The notes beneath the pieces are model-generated. The model did no database searches and was not told the DNA's origin. It worked only from the letters and a program-made list of their open reading frames with translations. 64,000 bases of DNA, taken from IMG/VR virus record IMGVR_UViG_3300021254_000001. One strand, written 5' to 3'. Shown piece by piece: positions 48,743-60,771 of this stretch. Origin of the DNA: a virus. Taxonomy: Duplodnaviria > Heunggongvirae > Uroviricota > Caudoviricetes. Position 1 is the stretch's first letter. Each line of letters opens with the position of its first letter. The position numbers and the translations under genes were made by a program.

Positions 48743-50553
48743 AGCTTAATCACCTCCATATCTCCTTTCCAAGTGCCATCAAAAGTAATATGGTTTTGCA
48801 ATACATACCCAGTTATTAAATTATCTTCTCCACTAAATGGTGTTTGAATTTTAACTATATCGCCTGCGTCTACTAATGGCTCACCTCTAGTATTCATTGT
48901 GTATTTAAAACGCTTTCCATACCATAATTTATATTTTTCTTTAATTTTATTATCAGGATCTTCTTTCATTAATTTAGTGTCTATTATTAATGTGTCTTTT
49001 GTTACGCTTCTTTCTTGAGTTTGTACCGTTTCGATTTTATGACCCATGATAGCGACCTCAATTTCTGGCTCTGCGTCGCTTACTGTAACAAACATATTTG
49101 CTCTTCTGCAAAATAATTGTATATTTTGTACTTTTGTTTCTGGTAAAGCACTTACTGGTACACATTCACTATATGTTATTTCTACTTGGTTTTGCGTGAT
49201 TTTAGTTTTTGTGATTTCAGTTGTATTTTTATCTATTACAGAATTATATTTTGGTAAAGATATATTAGTCGTATGACTTAATTGTTGTGCGGCTGGTACA
49301 CTTTCAAAATCTTTGTAGTTAAATTCATGATGATTTGTAAAAGATTTCAGGTCATTTAGTTTTAGATTTGCAAATTTAATCGTACCATCATCTTGTATAA
49401 GAAGTGTTGCACCAATTGAAAAGGCTAATAGTTGAATAATTTCTCTAACTGGTAGTTCAGGCAATACTGTATTAATTGTGTACGCCCCATAACTTTTACC
49501 GTTATCGTCATTACTAAAAATAATTGTATTATCTGGCAAACCTTCAAATTGCATAAGTTTGTCCGTAATACTTTCTACGCTTCTATCATTTCCGAACATT
49601 TCACTAGTATATGTGTCGTCCATCATATCTAATACAGAGCCACATTCAAATGTGCAAGTATCTTCGTTTGTTGTAATATTAAGTAGACGTAGTTCTTTCC
49701 AGTCATCCCATTCAATTTCTTGAATATCGTTTGTATTGTTTATACTTTGTGTCTCTTCATCGTAACCATAAATATTGTAGCCATTTCTTACTAGCACTTT
49801 TGTATTTCTGTCTAAATTTATATAACCATTTTCAGGATTATCTATATTGTAAAGATTACTATAATTATTCATAATGAAACTAAATACTCTGCTAGGTATA
49901 CTATCTGGCACATAACTGCACTTGTCAGTATAGTCAGTACTTACTACTTGGTCTTGGTTTAAATTAATCACTCTGCCAAACATAACGCTGGATAGTCTAA
50001 TTCTCCTTTTTGGTCGTCTTGTACCAATAAATTCTATAACTACTTTGGACACGTTATTTTGATTAACATTGAATATTACATTTGGTAAAGCCTTTTCATT
50101 TTGTAAGTCTTTAGTTAAACTTGTAAGTAACGTATTACTATTATAAAATGAGCATTTTATACTTTTTGGATATCCAGATGGCACCGCTGAATTTAAAATT
50201 AAGCTAAAATCTTCTACTTGAGAAAGTGTAGATAGTTCAATACTAATGGTTGGATTTGTTGTAAATTCACCATTTTCATTGGATATAGAATTACTAACAT
50301 AGCCGTTATATTTAACTCCTGGAGTAGGATTCACAAATCGACCATTTAGTAACCACATATTCTCTTCTAATGTAGCAAACGTTGTATTTGTATAATCTTT
50401 AATATTCTTAAGTTTTTCAATGTTTGAATAAGTGCATACATCTTTCGAAGTAATATTTGCTATTTCTACTTTAGCGTCTTGTGTGTACATCATGATATCT
50501 ATATAGCCTTCTGCTCTAGTCGTTACGTTTAAATATTTTTGTTCTAGTGCCAT
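48739..50553 (-). CDS. tail / baseplate structural protein (Dit/Tal-like, by position)
   Basis: 604 aa, between the tape measure and the fibre. No enzymatic motif recognised. Confidence 0.4.
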   Translation of the reverse strand: MALEQKYLNVTTRAEGYIDIMMYTQDAKVEIANITSKDVCTYSNIEKLKNIKDYTNTTFATLEENMWLLNGRFVNPTPGVKYNGYVSNSISNENGEFTTNPTISIELSTLSQVEDFSLILNSAVPSGYPKSIKCSFYNSNTLLTSLTKDLQNEKALPNVIFNVNQNNVSKVVIEFIGTRRPKRRIRLSSVMFGRVINLNQDQVVSTDYTDKCSYVPDSIPSRVFSFIMNNYSNLYNIDNPENGYINLDRNTKVLVRNGYNIYGYDEETQSINNTNDIQEIEWDDWKELRLLNITTNEDTCTFECGSVLDMMDDTYTSEMFGNDRSVESITDKLMQFEGLPDNTIIFSNDDNGKSYGAYTINTVLPELPVREIIQLLAFSIGATLLIQDDGTIKFANLKLNDLKSFTNHHEFNYKDFESVPAAQQLSHTTNISLPKYNSVIDKNTTEITKTKITQNQVEITYSECVPVSALPETKVQNIQLFCRRANMFVTVSDAEPEIEVAIMGHKIETVQTQERSVTKDTLIIDTKLMKEDPDNKIKEKYKLWYGKRFKYTMNTRGEPLVDAGDIVKIQTPFSGEDNLITGYVLQNHITFDGTWKGDMEVIKL

Positions 50554-50652
50554 CTTTCATTCCTTTCTGATTATATTTTAATATATAACCTTTTCTATCA
50601 TTACGTTGACCATTTAATATTTTTGAAATAGATGTTATAAAAGTCAATAGAG

Positions 50653-51168
50653 TTAATAACCCATATCTATAAGGTTGCACTTAACATCTTTATACCATAT
50701 TGGGCGTTTTGCGTATAAATAGTTTCCTCCAGTTGTGTACTTTATAGTTTCCCATTCACATGGAGTGGCTTCAAAGTCACCCCAGTAGAATTTTCTTTTT
50801 ATAAATTGTTCATATTCATCATCCCAATACCATAACTCACATTCAAATTTTGCAATTTGTTTTTTTAGCCAATTTACGTCATATCGTGATAAATATGGCC
50901 AATATAAATTTTCAAATTTGTTAAGTCTACGATTTATTGTTTGTGCGACGACTTGCCCTTTAGCGTTTCTAGTAGACCTTACTAATTGCTCCGATTTTTC
51001 TTGATACCCTATGGCAGGGTTATTCACAGTATTATAGTGTGGATGTTGTGAATCAAACTGCGAATAATCCTCAGTCAATCGGTTACCTTTTGGATCGTGA
51101 AAATAGAAATTTTCACCATTTATAATTAATAATGGAGCAAATGAATTTGTTTTTGGACATAAACCCAT
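50653..51168 (-). CDS. tail structural protein (by position)
   Basis: 171 aa, directly after the tape measure. Confidence 0.35.
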   Translation of the reverse strand: MGLCPKTNSFAPLLIINGENFYFHDPKGNRLTEDYSQFDSQHPHYNTVNNPAIGYQEKSEQLVRSTRNAKGQVVAQTINRRLNKFENLYWPYLSRYDVNWLKKQIAKFECELWYWDDEYEQFIKRKFYWGDFEATPCEWETIKYTTGGNYLYAKRPIWYKDVKCNLIDMGY

Positions 51169-51184
51169 AAATCAATTACCTCCT

Positions 51185-54100
51185 TTATCTTGCAAAAGCC
51201 GCGTTATTTAATGGCTGATTGCCATTTCTATTTCTGGCTTTTTCTACAGTTGCAACTAAGTCATTTCCACGTTGTCTAAATTCACCTCTTACGTTTATAC
51301 CTTGCGAAATTGTACCGTCTAATTTATTCATGGTTACTATCATCCTATCCATATAAGCTCGTTCTTCTGCTGACATACCACCTGGTTGATATGGTTGATT
51401 ATATTTTTTAGGAATAATAGCTTCACCTTGATGTAAATATTGTAAACCATCTGCTTCAACATAATTTGTGCCAAGTGCGTTTTTCTGTATTTTTATTTTT
51501 CCTTTCCTTACGTCATCTTCATATTTTTCATTACCATTAAATGTCCATGTGGTGGCATGACCAAATGAGAATATTTCACGAAGTGTATCGCCAACACCGT
51601 TGCCAAAATCCTGTATGACTTTCGATCTCGTCGTCGATTTGATCCATTCTACGCTTAAATTCTGCTTGTGTATTTTCATCTAATCCATTTAATATAGCGT
51701 TACGAGTTGCTTCACTAGAATTGTCCCATGAAGTATTCATTTTTGCTAATTCAATGTCAGTAAGATTATTTAAATCAGTCATACGTTTCTTTTGGTCTGG
51801 AGTTAAATCTTGTAATAAGTTTGCTCTTTCTTCATCTGCGCAGTTTTTAAATAATTCAATACGTCTATCTGTTGCTTCTTCGGTACTATATACTTTTTGT
51901 GCTTCAGCGACTTCAATTCTAGCCGCAGCTACTTCAAAATTGCCTGCCTCCATATCTTGTTCAATAGCTAAATCTGTCTTTGCCTTTAATAATTTCTTTT
52001 CAGCTTCTTCTGCTTCTTTTGTTACATTTGTGTAGTGTTCTTGCTTTTGAGCTAAATCAGTTAAACTATCAGATAATCCTATTTCTGCACCGGTTAGCAT
52101 ACCTGTATTAAAAGTACCAGTTTGTGTTGATGCAATTAATTCATCCATACGAGTTTTGCTTATTCCAAGTTTTTCTCCTTGATCGTATACACTTTGAGTA
52201 CTTGTGTCTAAAGATTGCTTTAATAAATCTAGTTGTTCTGATAATGCATCACTTTGCTCTTGGAATGTTTGCACTTGCGCTTCATTGAAATGTATGTTTT
52301 GCAACTCACCATTCAGACTTCTTGCAGCTGCTTCAGCTTCCTCTAATGAAGGACGTAATACAGATTGAACTATTCCAGCTATACCACCTATAGCAGCGCC
52401 TATTGCCGCCCCTGGTAAACCACCACCTACAAGTGCTCCTGTAGTGGCACCTCCAATTATACCAGCGCCAATTGCACCTGCTTTACTCAAAGCAGTTCCT
52501 TTTTTGTCTTTATCTTTTCCTCCGGCATATTCTATGCCTAAGTTATAACTTGTTTTATCAGCTAGCTTATTTCCAAAATGATCTATTGTTCTATATGTTG
52601 CATATCCTGTTAACGCCGCCAACAATCCTTTTGTAACAGCAAAACCTATCATTGAGCCCCAAGACCCTGCTTCTGTAATTGCGGCTGAGTTTGTAAACAT
52701 TTCTTTCAAAGTTCCAATTAGACTATATTTACCACCCGCGAACAAAGTTTGAAATGCCATTAGAATTCCTTGACCAAATCCACTTGCACCAAGTAATGTG
52801 GTTATCCATCCTCCAATTTTAGTAAATAAAGTTTTGAATGCCCCACCTATTTTGCTAAGTAATGTAGGACCAAATATTTTTAGTAATTGCCATCCAACAA
52901 ATAATGCTAATAAAGTGGCTAGTAGTCCTTTCCAATGATCAGTTATCCATTTACCTAAAGCTGTTTCTTTGAACCAATCCCAAATAACTTTTGCTATTTT
53001 TCCTAATAGTTCACCAAGTAATCTCAATATTTCTTTGCAAACATCACCAAAGCCCATATCACCTTTAATTAAATGTGCAAAAGTATCTCCTATTTGGTTT
53101 GCTAAATCTATCCAATCTTGTGATAGCTGTGGTTTATAAATATCGCCGAGTAAATCATTTTCTCCACTATTATCTGAACCAATATCGTGAAGTTCGTCAA
53201 AACCTGCTGTAACATTTGCTGCCTTTTCTAATTCTCTACGCATTTTTTCTGCATTTGCACCCGCTTGGTCAAACAAATCAACTGGGACTTGTCCAAACGC
53301 TTCTTGTACTTTCATAGAAATTATATTAAAGAAGCCTATAATATTTACTAATTTTTGTGCTATCCATTCCATCGCAGGTTTTATCGCTCTTTGGAAGTTT
53401 ATTTTAATTACATTCATAGTACGTTGCCATTTTGTATCATAACTTCCAAAATCTTGGAAAGCGCTTTTAATCCAACCTGTTATAGTTTTGAATGTATTTT
53501 TGATCATATTCAATGGATTTAGCATGCTTAAAATTTTCTTAAACCATTGACCAATACTACGTCCTATTAACTGGAATGTATAATTTAAGATTTCTGCCAT
53601 TCTTGTTTGAAACCTTAACGCTTTACCGTTTTTATCTAATCCCGCATTTATATTTCTTAATATGCTATTATTATCTCTTAATACAGGAGAAGTGAATGAT
53701 AATTGTCTTACTAATTTACTAAACTTTCCACCTGTTCTTGCGATAATTTCATCATTTGTTAATAAATCAGCTTTGATTGTATCCAATACTAATTTTTCTT
53801 CTTCTAAATCGGCTAACGTTTTGAAAGCTGCACTAGATGAATCTTCTGTCAACGTTCCATCTGCGTTAAATTTAGCCTTTCCTTCTTTTTCTAAACCAGT
53901 AAGTTCAGTTTCTTTCATTTGAATATTTGCCAATACAGAATTTAACGCATTATTTATATTTCCTAATATTTGATTTAGTCCGTCTGCTTGCGCTCTTGAT
54001 TTTTCAAGAGATGGCATTCCTATAAATCCAGTAAATGCACCTGCTACTTGACGTAATGGACTTCCTCCCATTTGAGCATTACGCATTTGTTTACCAGATA

Positions 54101-56474
54101 GTACCTTGTTGAATGCTTTAGTAATAGCAGTAGTATCAACATCTCTACCACCAGTCAATTTTATTTTTTGTCTTAATTCTGGGTTCTGTTCAATGCTTGC
54201 TTTGTTAGTTCTATATAGTTGCAAGATACGTCTCATACCAGCTATATCACCAGTATCATTAGGATTTCTACCATTATTCATACCATATTGAACAATTCTT
54301 TCTGCCGCCATTTTATCTTGGTCTTCTGCGGCAGCGTTCATTACGTCTTTGTATGCCTTAGTTGCACCAGTTAAATCTCCTAATGCGTCTGCTAATTTAT
54401 CCCAAACAGTTTGCTTTATTGGAGACGCATATATTTTAGATTTTTCAACTTGTGGTTGATAATCTGGTATTACTACTCTAGGAGGAGCTGTAATATCTCC
54501 ATTTTGATTACGCCTTGCTTCTTTTCTTGCATTTGACGCATTTGCTAGTCTACGTAGCATATCTTCATCATATTCAAATTTATCAGTACCTTCTGGTCTG
54601 TCAATGTGTCTTTGCCTATCTAATACCGAAGGGTGGATAGCTTCTTTTAATGTTTTTGCAAATTCTCCCGGTATAACCGCCAATGCTTTTTTCATTGCGT
54701 TTTGTACGGGTATCAATCCTAATTGTGGGTTTTCATCTTTTAATCCGTCTGAAATTTTCTTTCTTCTTCCGTCTGGTTTTGGTAATCCCAATATCTTACT
54801 TGGGTCCGCTAATTTCTTATATAAATCTTTTGTACTAGCAGGTAATTCTATTTTAGAAGTGATGTCTTTTGCTTTACCTAAATTATTACGTATATCTTCC
54901 ACTATTCCAATAAGTTTATTAGCGGTTGTATCAGTATTGAAACCACTAATTTCATCTGCTTTTACTGCTCGTGCAGTGTCTTTGTTTATATCTCTATTAA
55001 CTTCATTTACTTTTATTTCTTTTGCCATATCTGTATCAGATTTGACATTTGCGTTTTTATCATAAACAGTTTGAACATTTGTAGCTTTTGTACCAGCTTT
55101 TACTGCATTAGTGGTATTTTTAGATTCTCGTACAAGTCTGTTTACCTCTTGGTCTAATTTACTACCAGAGCCTTGTTTAGTTGAAGATACATTCGTACCA
55201 TTTAATATTCGGTCTACTTCTTTACTTGCTGCTCTAGGGTCTATTCTCGCTAATACTTTTAATTGACGTAATTCTTCTGCTGATACATTAACTAACTGTT
55301 CTCCTACTTTTACTACTTTGTCAGCAAAACCAGTCTCTAATTTCTCTTTGAATAGTTTTATCATCCCAGTAATAGCTCTTTGTGCTTGACGATGGCCTTC
55401 ACCTACTCCTGTTTTTCCACCATCAGTTATACCAATCGTACCGTCTGTATTAAAATATCTATGAAATGTTTTATTTAACGCTAGTAATATAGCGTCATAG
55501 CCACCTTTACCATTTTTCTCAGATTGTAAAGTAGCTTCAAGATATTTATTAAATTGGTCTATACTAGCATCAGGACGGTTAGCCTCTAATCCTCCTAATA
55601 TTTTAGCAAGTTCATTTGAAATTAGATTAGCTGTTTCATCTGCTTTTTGTTTATCTGAAATATTATTCTTATTTTTTCCATTTTGCAACGCGTTAGCATA
55701 GTCGTCAGCAATGTTTTCACTCTGATAAGTTTTTAAACTTTTCTTCATCCATTTGACTGCTGCTAGTTCACTCAACTTCATTTGTCGAGCATAATTACTT
55801 GGGTATGGTCCTCCACGGTCGCTTGCTTTGAGTGTTTTATCTGTTGCTACACCGCCTTCAAATCCTACATAACGTTTATATCCTCTTGGCTCTGCTTGTT
55901 TTATTCCACTTAAACGTCTTTTTTGTTCACTTTGGATATTAGATTCTATTTCTTCATCTGTTATACCGTGATAAGGTCTTTTGGCTTTTGCTTTTTGTTG
56001 TGCTTTTATTTTTTGAGTTTGTTTTATTTGAGTTTTTTGTTGAACGCTTGCCTGTTTTCTTAAGCCATTTACAAAATCTTGATAATCAGATAGCATTTGT
56101 CTCAAATTATTATTAGCATTAGCAATAATATCGCTACCTTTATATTTAGCGGTTTTTTTACCAAACTTATCAATTTGAGCCTTGAAATCTTTTATATCAT
56201 TTAATGTTAAAGAGACGCTTTCGTCAGCCATCTGTTGTGCTTTTTTGTAGATGGCGGCGTAAGCGTCTTTTATTTCTTGATTTATCTCTTTACCGTTCTT
56301 AAACTTACCTTCAATAGTTGCGGGAAGTGTAATAACTCCGTCTTTACCACCATAAATTGATGATTTTAGTTTTGATTGTACGGCTTTAACCAATTTGTCT
56401 ACTGAATCAGAGACACTTGCTTCGTCAGGTTTAACGCCTAATAACGCATAAAGAGATTCTATTTCGTCGTTCAT
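51185..56474 (-). CDS. tail tape measure protein; frame changes +1 at the CGG codon at 51597-51599 (minus strand), which extends the protein by ~130 aa
   Basis: Very long alpha-helical protein with Gly-rich transmembrane-like segments (GAIGAGIIGGATTGALVGGGLPGAAIGAAIGGIAGI). ...HTGFWQ-CGG, then +1 frame GVGDTLREIFSFGH.... Confidence 0.65.
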
Positions 56475-56500
56475 ATTTACTACCTCCTACAACCTATATT

Positions 56501-57203
56501 TTAATCTGTATGTTTTTTAACAGATTTATTAATTTTCTTTTCGTAATCCTCCCTTAACCAATCTGGCATAGGTGCGTTTTCTTTCTTTTCAAACAATTCA
56601 GGGAGTGCTTCGTTTACTTTACCCGGATAGGTTTTAGCACCGAATGCGGCTCGATTCATACTACCAATACGCCAAATTTTATAAGCTAATCCTTCTCGTT
56701 TATATTTCAGCATAAATAATAATTCTTTACAAGAATAATCGTATAAATCTCGTAACTCACTACCCTGTTTTACTAATTCAACATATATATCGTGAACAAT
56801 GTGAAATCCTGCTATTGGGTCATATTCATTTGCTGTATCATCTATCCACTTATTTATTCCAAGTTTTTTTGCTAGCTTCTGTACTGGGTGTCATAGGTAT
56901 TTCTTGTTCTTTCTGTACTAAGCCTGATTTTTGAACTAGCTCATTTAGATAATTTTCAGCTAGCTCTTGCATTCCATATTCTTTTAATAATGCGTCAAAT
57001 AAATCTCCTTCGTCTGTATATTTTACTTTACACGCTTGGCTTGCACAGGCATAGAATAAATTAACCATTGTTGTAAAGTCTGGATTTTGGAATGCTTCAA
57101 ATATATTCTTTCCTAATTTTTTCTCTAAGTATAGAATACTTGAACTCTTTAATTTGAACTCATATTCTACTCCACCTATTTTAATAATTACTACATTGTC
57201 CAT
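56501..57203 (-). CDS. tail assembly chaperone pair (G-like 56850..57203; the T-like extension 56501..56713 is reached by a +1 shift at an A7 run)
   Basis: The two ORFs just upstream of the tape measure. The G ORF ends KKTWNK*. The +1 frame is open from the AAAAAAA run (rc of 56864-56870) through the 70-aa downstream ORF. The -1 frame hits a stop after 3 codons. Confidence 0.5.
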
Positions 57204-57294
57204 GATTTCAATCCTCCTATTTAATAAAATGGTGGGTGTAAACGCCCGAAGATTGACCTGGCTAAACTGACCACCTAAGTTTAGTTTTATTTAA

Positions 57295-57819
57295 TTAAAG
57301 ACTATTTTGATTTGGTAATGACACTTTTATATCACTTCTTACGTCGTGATAGATACTGAATTTTTCAATATCTTGTTGAGCATCAGCTGTATAGCTTATA
57401 CTGCAAGTTGCATCATATTCAATTATTACTCCTGAGGCTTTAACAACTACCCAGTGAGCTCTAGTTTTAGGGTCAGCGTCAGCCATTTCTTTAACGCTTC
57501 TTAAGTTGTGAGCAACCCCAGCGTTATCTTTAAAGCTCATCATATTGATTTCATAAGTAACTTCTGCGGCTGGTTGTAATCCTAAAACTGATGTTTCGGC
57601 TTTAGTATTATCTAATGTTGTTGTATCTATTGTATTTGGTTGTCCACCAAAATCTGGTGTTGAAGCCAAACCGTAAACTCTTGTGTATCCACCTAAAGCT
57701 GTGTCTAGGTCTGATTTATTATAAGAACCTGCGTTTCCAATAAATCTACCAACATTATCTTTACTGAAATATAACGCAGTACCAAGTGTGGCTACTTGAA
57801 TTTTTGCATCTGGATCCAT
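57295..57819 (-). CDS. major tail protein (by position)
   Basis: 174 aa beta-rich protein immediately upstream of the chaperones and tape measure. Confidence 0.45.
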   Translation of the reverse strand: MDPDAKIQVATLGTALYFSKDNVGRFIGNAGSYNKSDLDTALGGYTRVYGLASTPDFGGQPNTIDTTTLDNTKAETSVLGLQPAAEVTYEINMMSFKDNAGVAHNLRSVKEMADADPKTRAHWVVVKASGVIIEYDATCSISYTADAQQDIEKFSIYHDVRSDIKVSLPNQNSL

Positions 57820-57871
57820 AATATTACCTCCTATAAAATATTTTCCTTAACAAAGTATTTAGTTCAGTGGA

Positions 57872-58255
57872 CTATCTTAATGTCCCTTCTAAAGTATTTG
57901 CTTGTGCGTATGCAGTTAGCATACATTCACGGTAACCTGTGTCTGGTGTAATAGGACTGTCTTGTGTTGTAGGTCTAAATCTTAATTCACCTAATTTTTC
58001 ACATATAGCGTCTAAGTAGTCGTCAAATTGTTTTTGTGTACCGCCTTTTGTAGATAAATACCCAACGATTGAGATTGTATATTGTTCATTATCGTATGAT
58101 AAGTCTCTTTTGTTCAAGCTAGTTCTTATATCATATCCAAAATAATATCTACCTTTTTCGACCATTTCTTGAGGTATAATGATACCAGATTCCAAACCTT
58201 CGATTTCGGTTAATTTATTTTGTATCATTACACGAAGATTGTTCACTAATCTCAT
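57872..58255 (-). CDS. tail completion / neck protein (by position)
   Basis: ORF in the head-tail joining block. Confidence 0.3.
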   Translation of the reverse strand: MRLVNNLRVMIQNKLTEIEGLESGIIIPQEMVEKGRYYFGYDIRTSLNKRDLSYDNEQYTISIVGYLSTKGGTQKQFDDYLDAICEKLGELRFRPTTQDSPITPDTGYRECMLTAYAQANTLEGTLR

Positions 58256-58267
58256 TCACGTTACCTC

Positions 58268-58912
58268 CTATTTTATTCTATATTTTCTAGTGTTTTTATA
58301 TTCTTTTTTAAGGTCTAAGCTTTGCATAAAACCTTTCATTTGAAGCGAAGTGTGCATTTCAAATAAATGGGCTGGTGTTGAATAGTTATATGCGGTCGGT
58401 CTTTCGGCTTCTTCATTATAAAACCAATAATGACCTCCACCTCTAGTACCTTCTCTTAACCATTCATATACCTGCGTCGCAGTAACCACTTTTTTTCTGT
58501 GACCGTCATTAGGATATGGGATAGGTTTTACTATAATACTAACCTTACTTTCGTACCTACTTTTCTTTTCGATTTTGGTGTCAATGGCTTGGTTAACAAG
58601 TATTCCAGTATGTTCATACGAAAGTGTTTTACGACTTAATCTTTTTCTATCTTCACCATATTTACCTTTATTTTTTTCAGCTTCTTCTGCCTTCTTAGCT
58701 TTATTATATTCAACCTTTTCTTGTTCGTTTCTTGCTCGAGGATAGTAAGATGCTTCTACATTTGCTTTATGGGTTTCTTTTAATTTATCAGCTACAATCT
58801 GTTCAAGATTTATTCTCATATCTTCGGCTTCTTTTATTAACTTTTTAGTTATATTTACAGTGACTTTTTGCTGCCACCTACCGAAGTTATCTCTATAATG
58901 AGAAACTGCCAT
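58268..58912 (-). CDS. head-tail joining protein (by position)
   Basis: ORF in the head-tail joining block. Confidence 0.3.
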   Translation of the reverse strand: MAVSHYRDNFGRWQQKVTVNITKKLIKEAEDMRINLEQIVADKLKETHKANVEASYYPRARNEQEKVEYNKAKKAEEAEKNKGKYGEDRKRLSRKTLSYEHTGILVNQAIDTKIEKKSRYESKVSIIVKPIPYPNDGHRKKVVTATQVYEWLREGTRGGGHYWFYNEEAERPTAYNYSTPAHLFEMHTSLQMKGFMQSLDLKKEYKNTRKYRIK

Positions 58913-58916
58913 AAAA

Positions 58917-59249
58917 TCACCTCCATTGTATATCTATGTATAACGGAGTAACCTTCACAACAGCATACTTATTTCCTTTCCACTCAACTAAATACTTTGT
59001 TAAGTTGTCTGGAGAATTGTTAGTCTTCTCCAATAAAAATGGTTCTAAGTCATTGTATATAGATTTGAAACGGTATGTCTTGTCAAGGTTAGCACCGTAC
59101 GCACTTTGAGCAATTTCATCTGACGCAAGATACTGCACAGCTCCGTCAGCGTGGAATATATCTTCATATTCTTCGATTAAGTCACCGTCCGCACCTCTTG
59201 TAGATTTAAGGTTGTAAAGTACGACCGGTGTTAGCTTTGACAATAACAT
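58917..59249 (-). CDS. head-tail adaptor (by position)
   Basis: ORF directly after the capsid gene. Confidence 0.3.
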   Translation of the reverse strand: MLLSKLTPVVLYNLKSTRGADGDLIEEYEDIFHADGAVQYLASDEIAQSAYGANLDKTYRFKSIYNDLEPFLLEKTNNSPDNLTKYLVEWKGNKYAVVKVTPLYIDIQWR

Positions 59250-59285
59250 AACCTTTCTCCTTTACTTACAATTTATTAGTTATTC

Positions 59286-60179
59286 TTAGGCTTCTACGTT
59301 GAATGCAATAGCACCTGTTCTATTATTTAATATAAATACATCACTGTATTCTTTTTCATAATAGATATAGTCACCTTTAGTTCCAGCTGCTGGAGCTTCC
59401 ATACCAACAAATGCGTATTTGCTAGGTGTTAAGATAGCAGATGGGTGTACTAAGAATAAGTTAATTTGTTTAGCACTATCAGATGGTGCAAATCCTGTAG
59501 TGAATGTATAAGCAGTCTTCATTAAGAATGAAGGTACAGATATTAACTTGATTTCGTCAAGTCTATCTACAACTCTGTTTATAGTATTTTCACCATTTTG
59601 AACACTTCTTGATAGACCAATGTTACTAGCTTGTTTTAATAAAGTTTTAACAGCTGGAGTAACATATAGTAATCTTCCTTGTGCAGGTACTAATGCTTCG
59701 TCCATTTGTTCCATTAACTTATCAAATACTGCTAATACGTTGTCTACGTTTAGTGCTGTAGTATCAGCTGTTTTTCCTTCAGCTACCCAATCAGCATATA
59801 TTTTTGAAATTGTATATGCGTCTTTTTCTGGGAATTTTTGTGTTTCGTTAAATACTTGTGTTGCGTTTTGGATAGTTAATACCATATTAGTATCCATAAC
59901 GTCTGCTGGGTCTATACTTGTTGACCACTCTCTGTAGAATGTTAAAGTTTTTGTCTCCCAATCATTATCTACATTTCTTTGGAAAACACCATCTATACTA
60001 TCTCTATTAACATTTTTTCTACCTGTTACAGAGATTGATGGAATATGAATTGTTTTTGCGTCTACGAACTTATATGTTCTGTTGTTAGCCACATTATATA
60101 ATTCACCAAAGTTTAATACGTTTGGATATGCTTGTGCTAACGCTCTTTCGTAGGCTTCGGCATAATTAACTGCGCCCAT
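59286..60179 (-). CDS. major capsid protein (putative)
   Basis: 297 aa. Position upstream of the head-tail genes. RBS AAAGGAGG. Confidence 0.45.
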   Translation of the reverse strand: MGAVNYAEAYERALAQAYPNVLNFGELYNVANNRTYKFVDAKTIHIPSISVTGRKNVNRDSIDGVFQRNVDNDWETKTLTFYREWSTSIDPADVMDTNMVLTIQNATQVFNETQKFPEKDAYTISKIYADWVAEGKTADTTALNVDNVLAVFDKLMEQMDEALVPAQGRLLYVTPAVKTLLKQASNIGLSRSVQNGENTINRVVDRLDEIKLISVPSFLMKTAYTFTTGFAPSDSAKQINLFLVHPSAILTPSKYAFVGMEAPAAGTKGDYIYYEKEYSDVFILNNRTGAIAFNVEA

Positions 60180-60221
60180 AATAAATCCTCCTTTAAATTA
60201 TATTTTTTTAAACTAAAACAA

Positions 60222-60300
60222 GTTCGTAGCAAACCGAATGGGTCTAACTACACAACTGTTACGTTATATAGAAATATTACCCATCCCATTTGCTACGAAC
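60222..60300 (-). promoter_or_regulatory. 12-bp perfect inverted repeat GTTCGTAGCAAA...TTTGCTACGAAC enclosing 55 nt, in the capsid gene leader
   Basis: Direct sequence match at 60222-60233 and 60289-60300. Lies between a CTGTTCA inverted repeat and the capsid RBS. Confidence 0.35.
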
Positions 60301-60350
60301 TTGGACCGAATTTCATACCAAATATCGTATGCCCCCAGGACATATCTATT

Positions 60351-60380
60351 TCTGTTCATATTATAACAAAATTGAACAGA
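60351..60380. promoter_or_regulatory. inverted repeat TCTGTTCA-N14-TGAACAGA (operator-like)
   Basis: Half-site identical to the recurring intergenic motif CTGTTCAC. Confidence 0.4.
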
Positions 60381-60406
60381 ATAGTCAAGAGATATTTTAA
60401 CTTTTT

Positions 60407-60766
60407 TTATAAAACTTTCCAAACGTCCCAAAGTTCTCTATCTCTACAATCAAATGTATCATATACAACACCGTCAATTACAGTAGTTATATGATTAGGC
60501 ATAGTTATTAAATATGTTCCTATTTGACATCTTTCGACAAAATCACCAACTGTTTCGTCTGGATAAGTTTCAACTCTGTCATACCTGTAATCTAGTAAAG
60601 GTTCAACAAAATTTACATCATCAAGTAAGATACCGTTTTTCTTTGCTATTCTACTTAAATCGTCATACGTGTCACTCCAACTTTTGTCTTCCGCAGTAGA
60701 AATAGCACGAATTACACAATCATTCACAAAATTATTATGCTCATTAGCATTATAATATTTATACAT
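60407..60766 (-). CDS. hypothetical protein
   Basis: ORF only. Confidence 0.3.
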   Translation of the reverse strand: MYKYYNANEHNNFVNDCVIRAISTAEDKSWSDTYDDLSRIAKKNGILLDDVNFVEPLLDYRYDRVETYPDETVGDFVERCQIGTYLITMPNHITTVIDGVVYDTFDCRDRELWDVWKVL

Positions 60767-60771
60767 TTACA

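Noticed and set aside
56850-56875. A classical -1 frameshift (X XXY YYZ) for the tail chaperone pair
   Set aside because: The -1 frame after the A run reads AAC TTG GAA TAA and stops at once. Only the +1 frame is open into the downstream ORF.
59620-59937. Plus-strand ORF inside the capsid gene, and similar antisense ORFs inside the tape measure (51721-55065) and primase genes
   Set aside because: They lie antisense within long confident genes, have no RBS, and show biased amino-acid composition.
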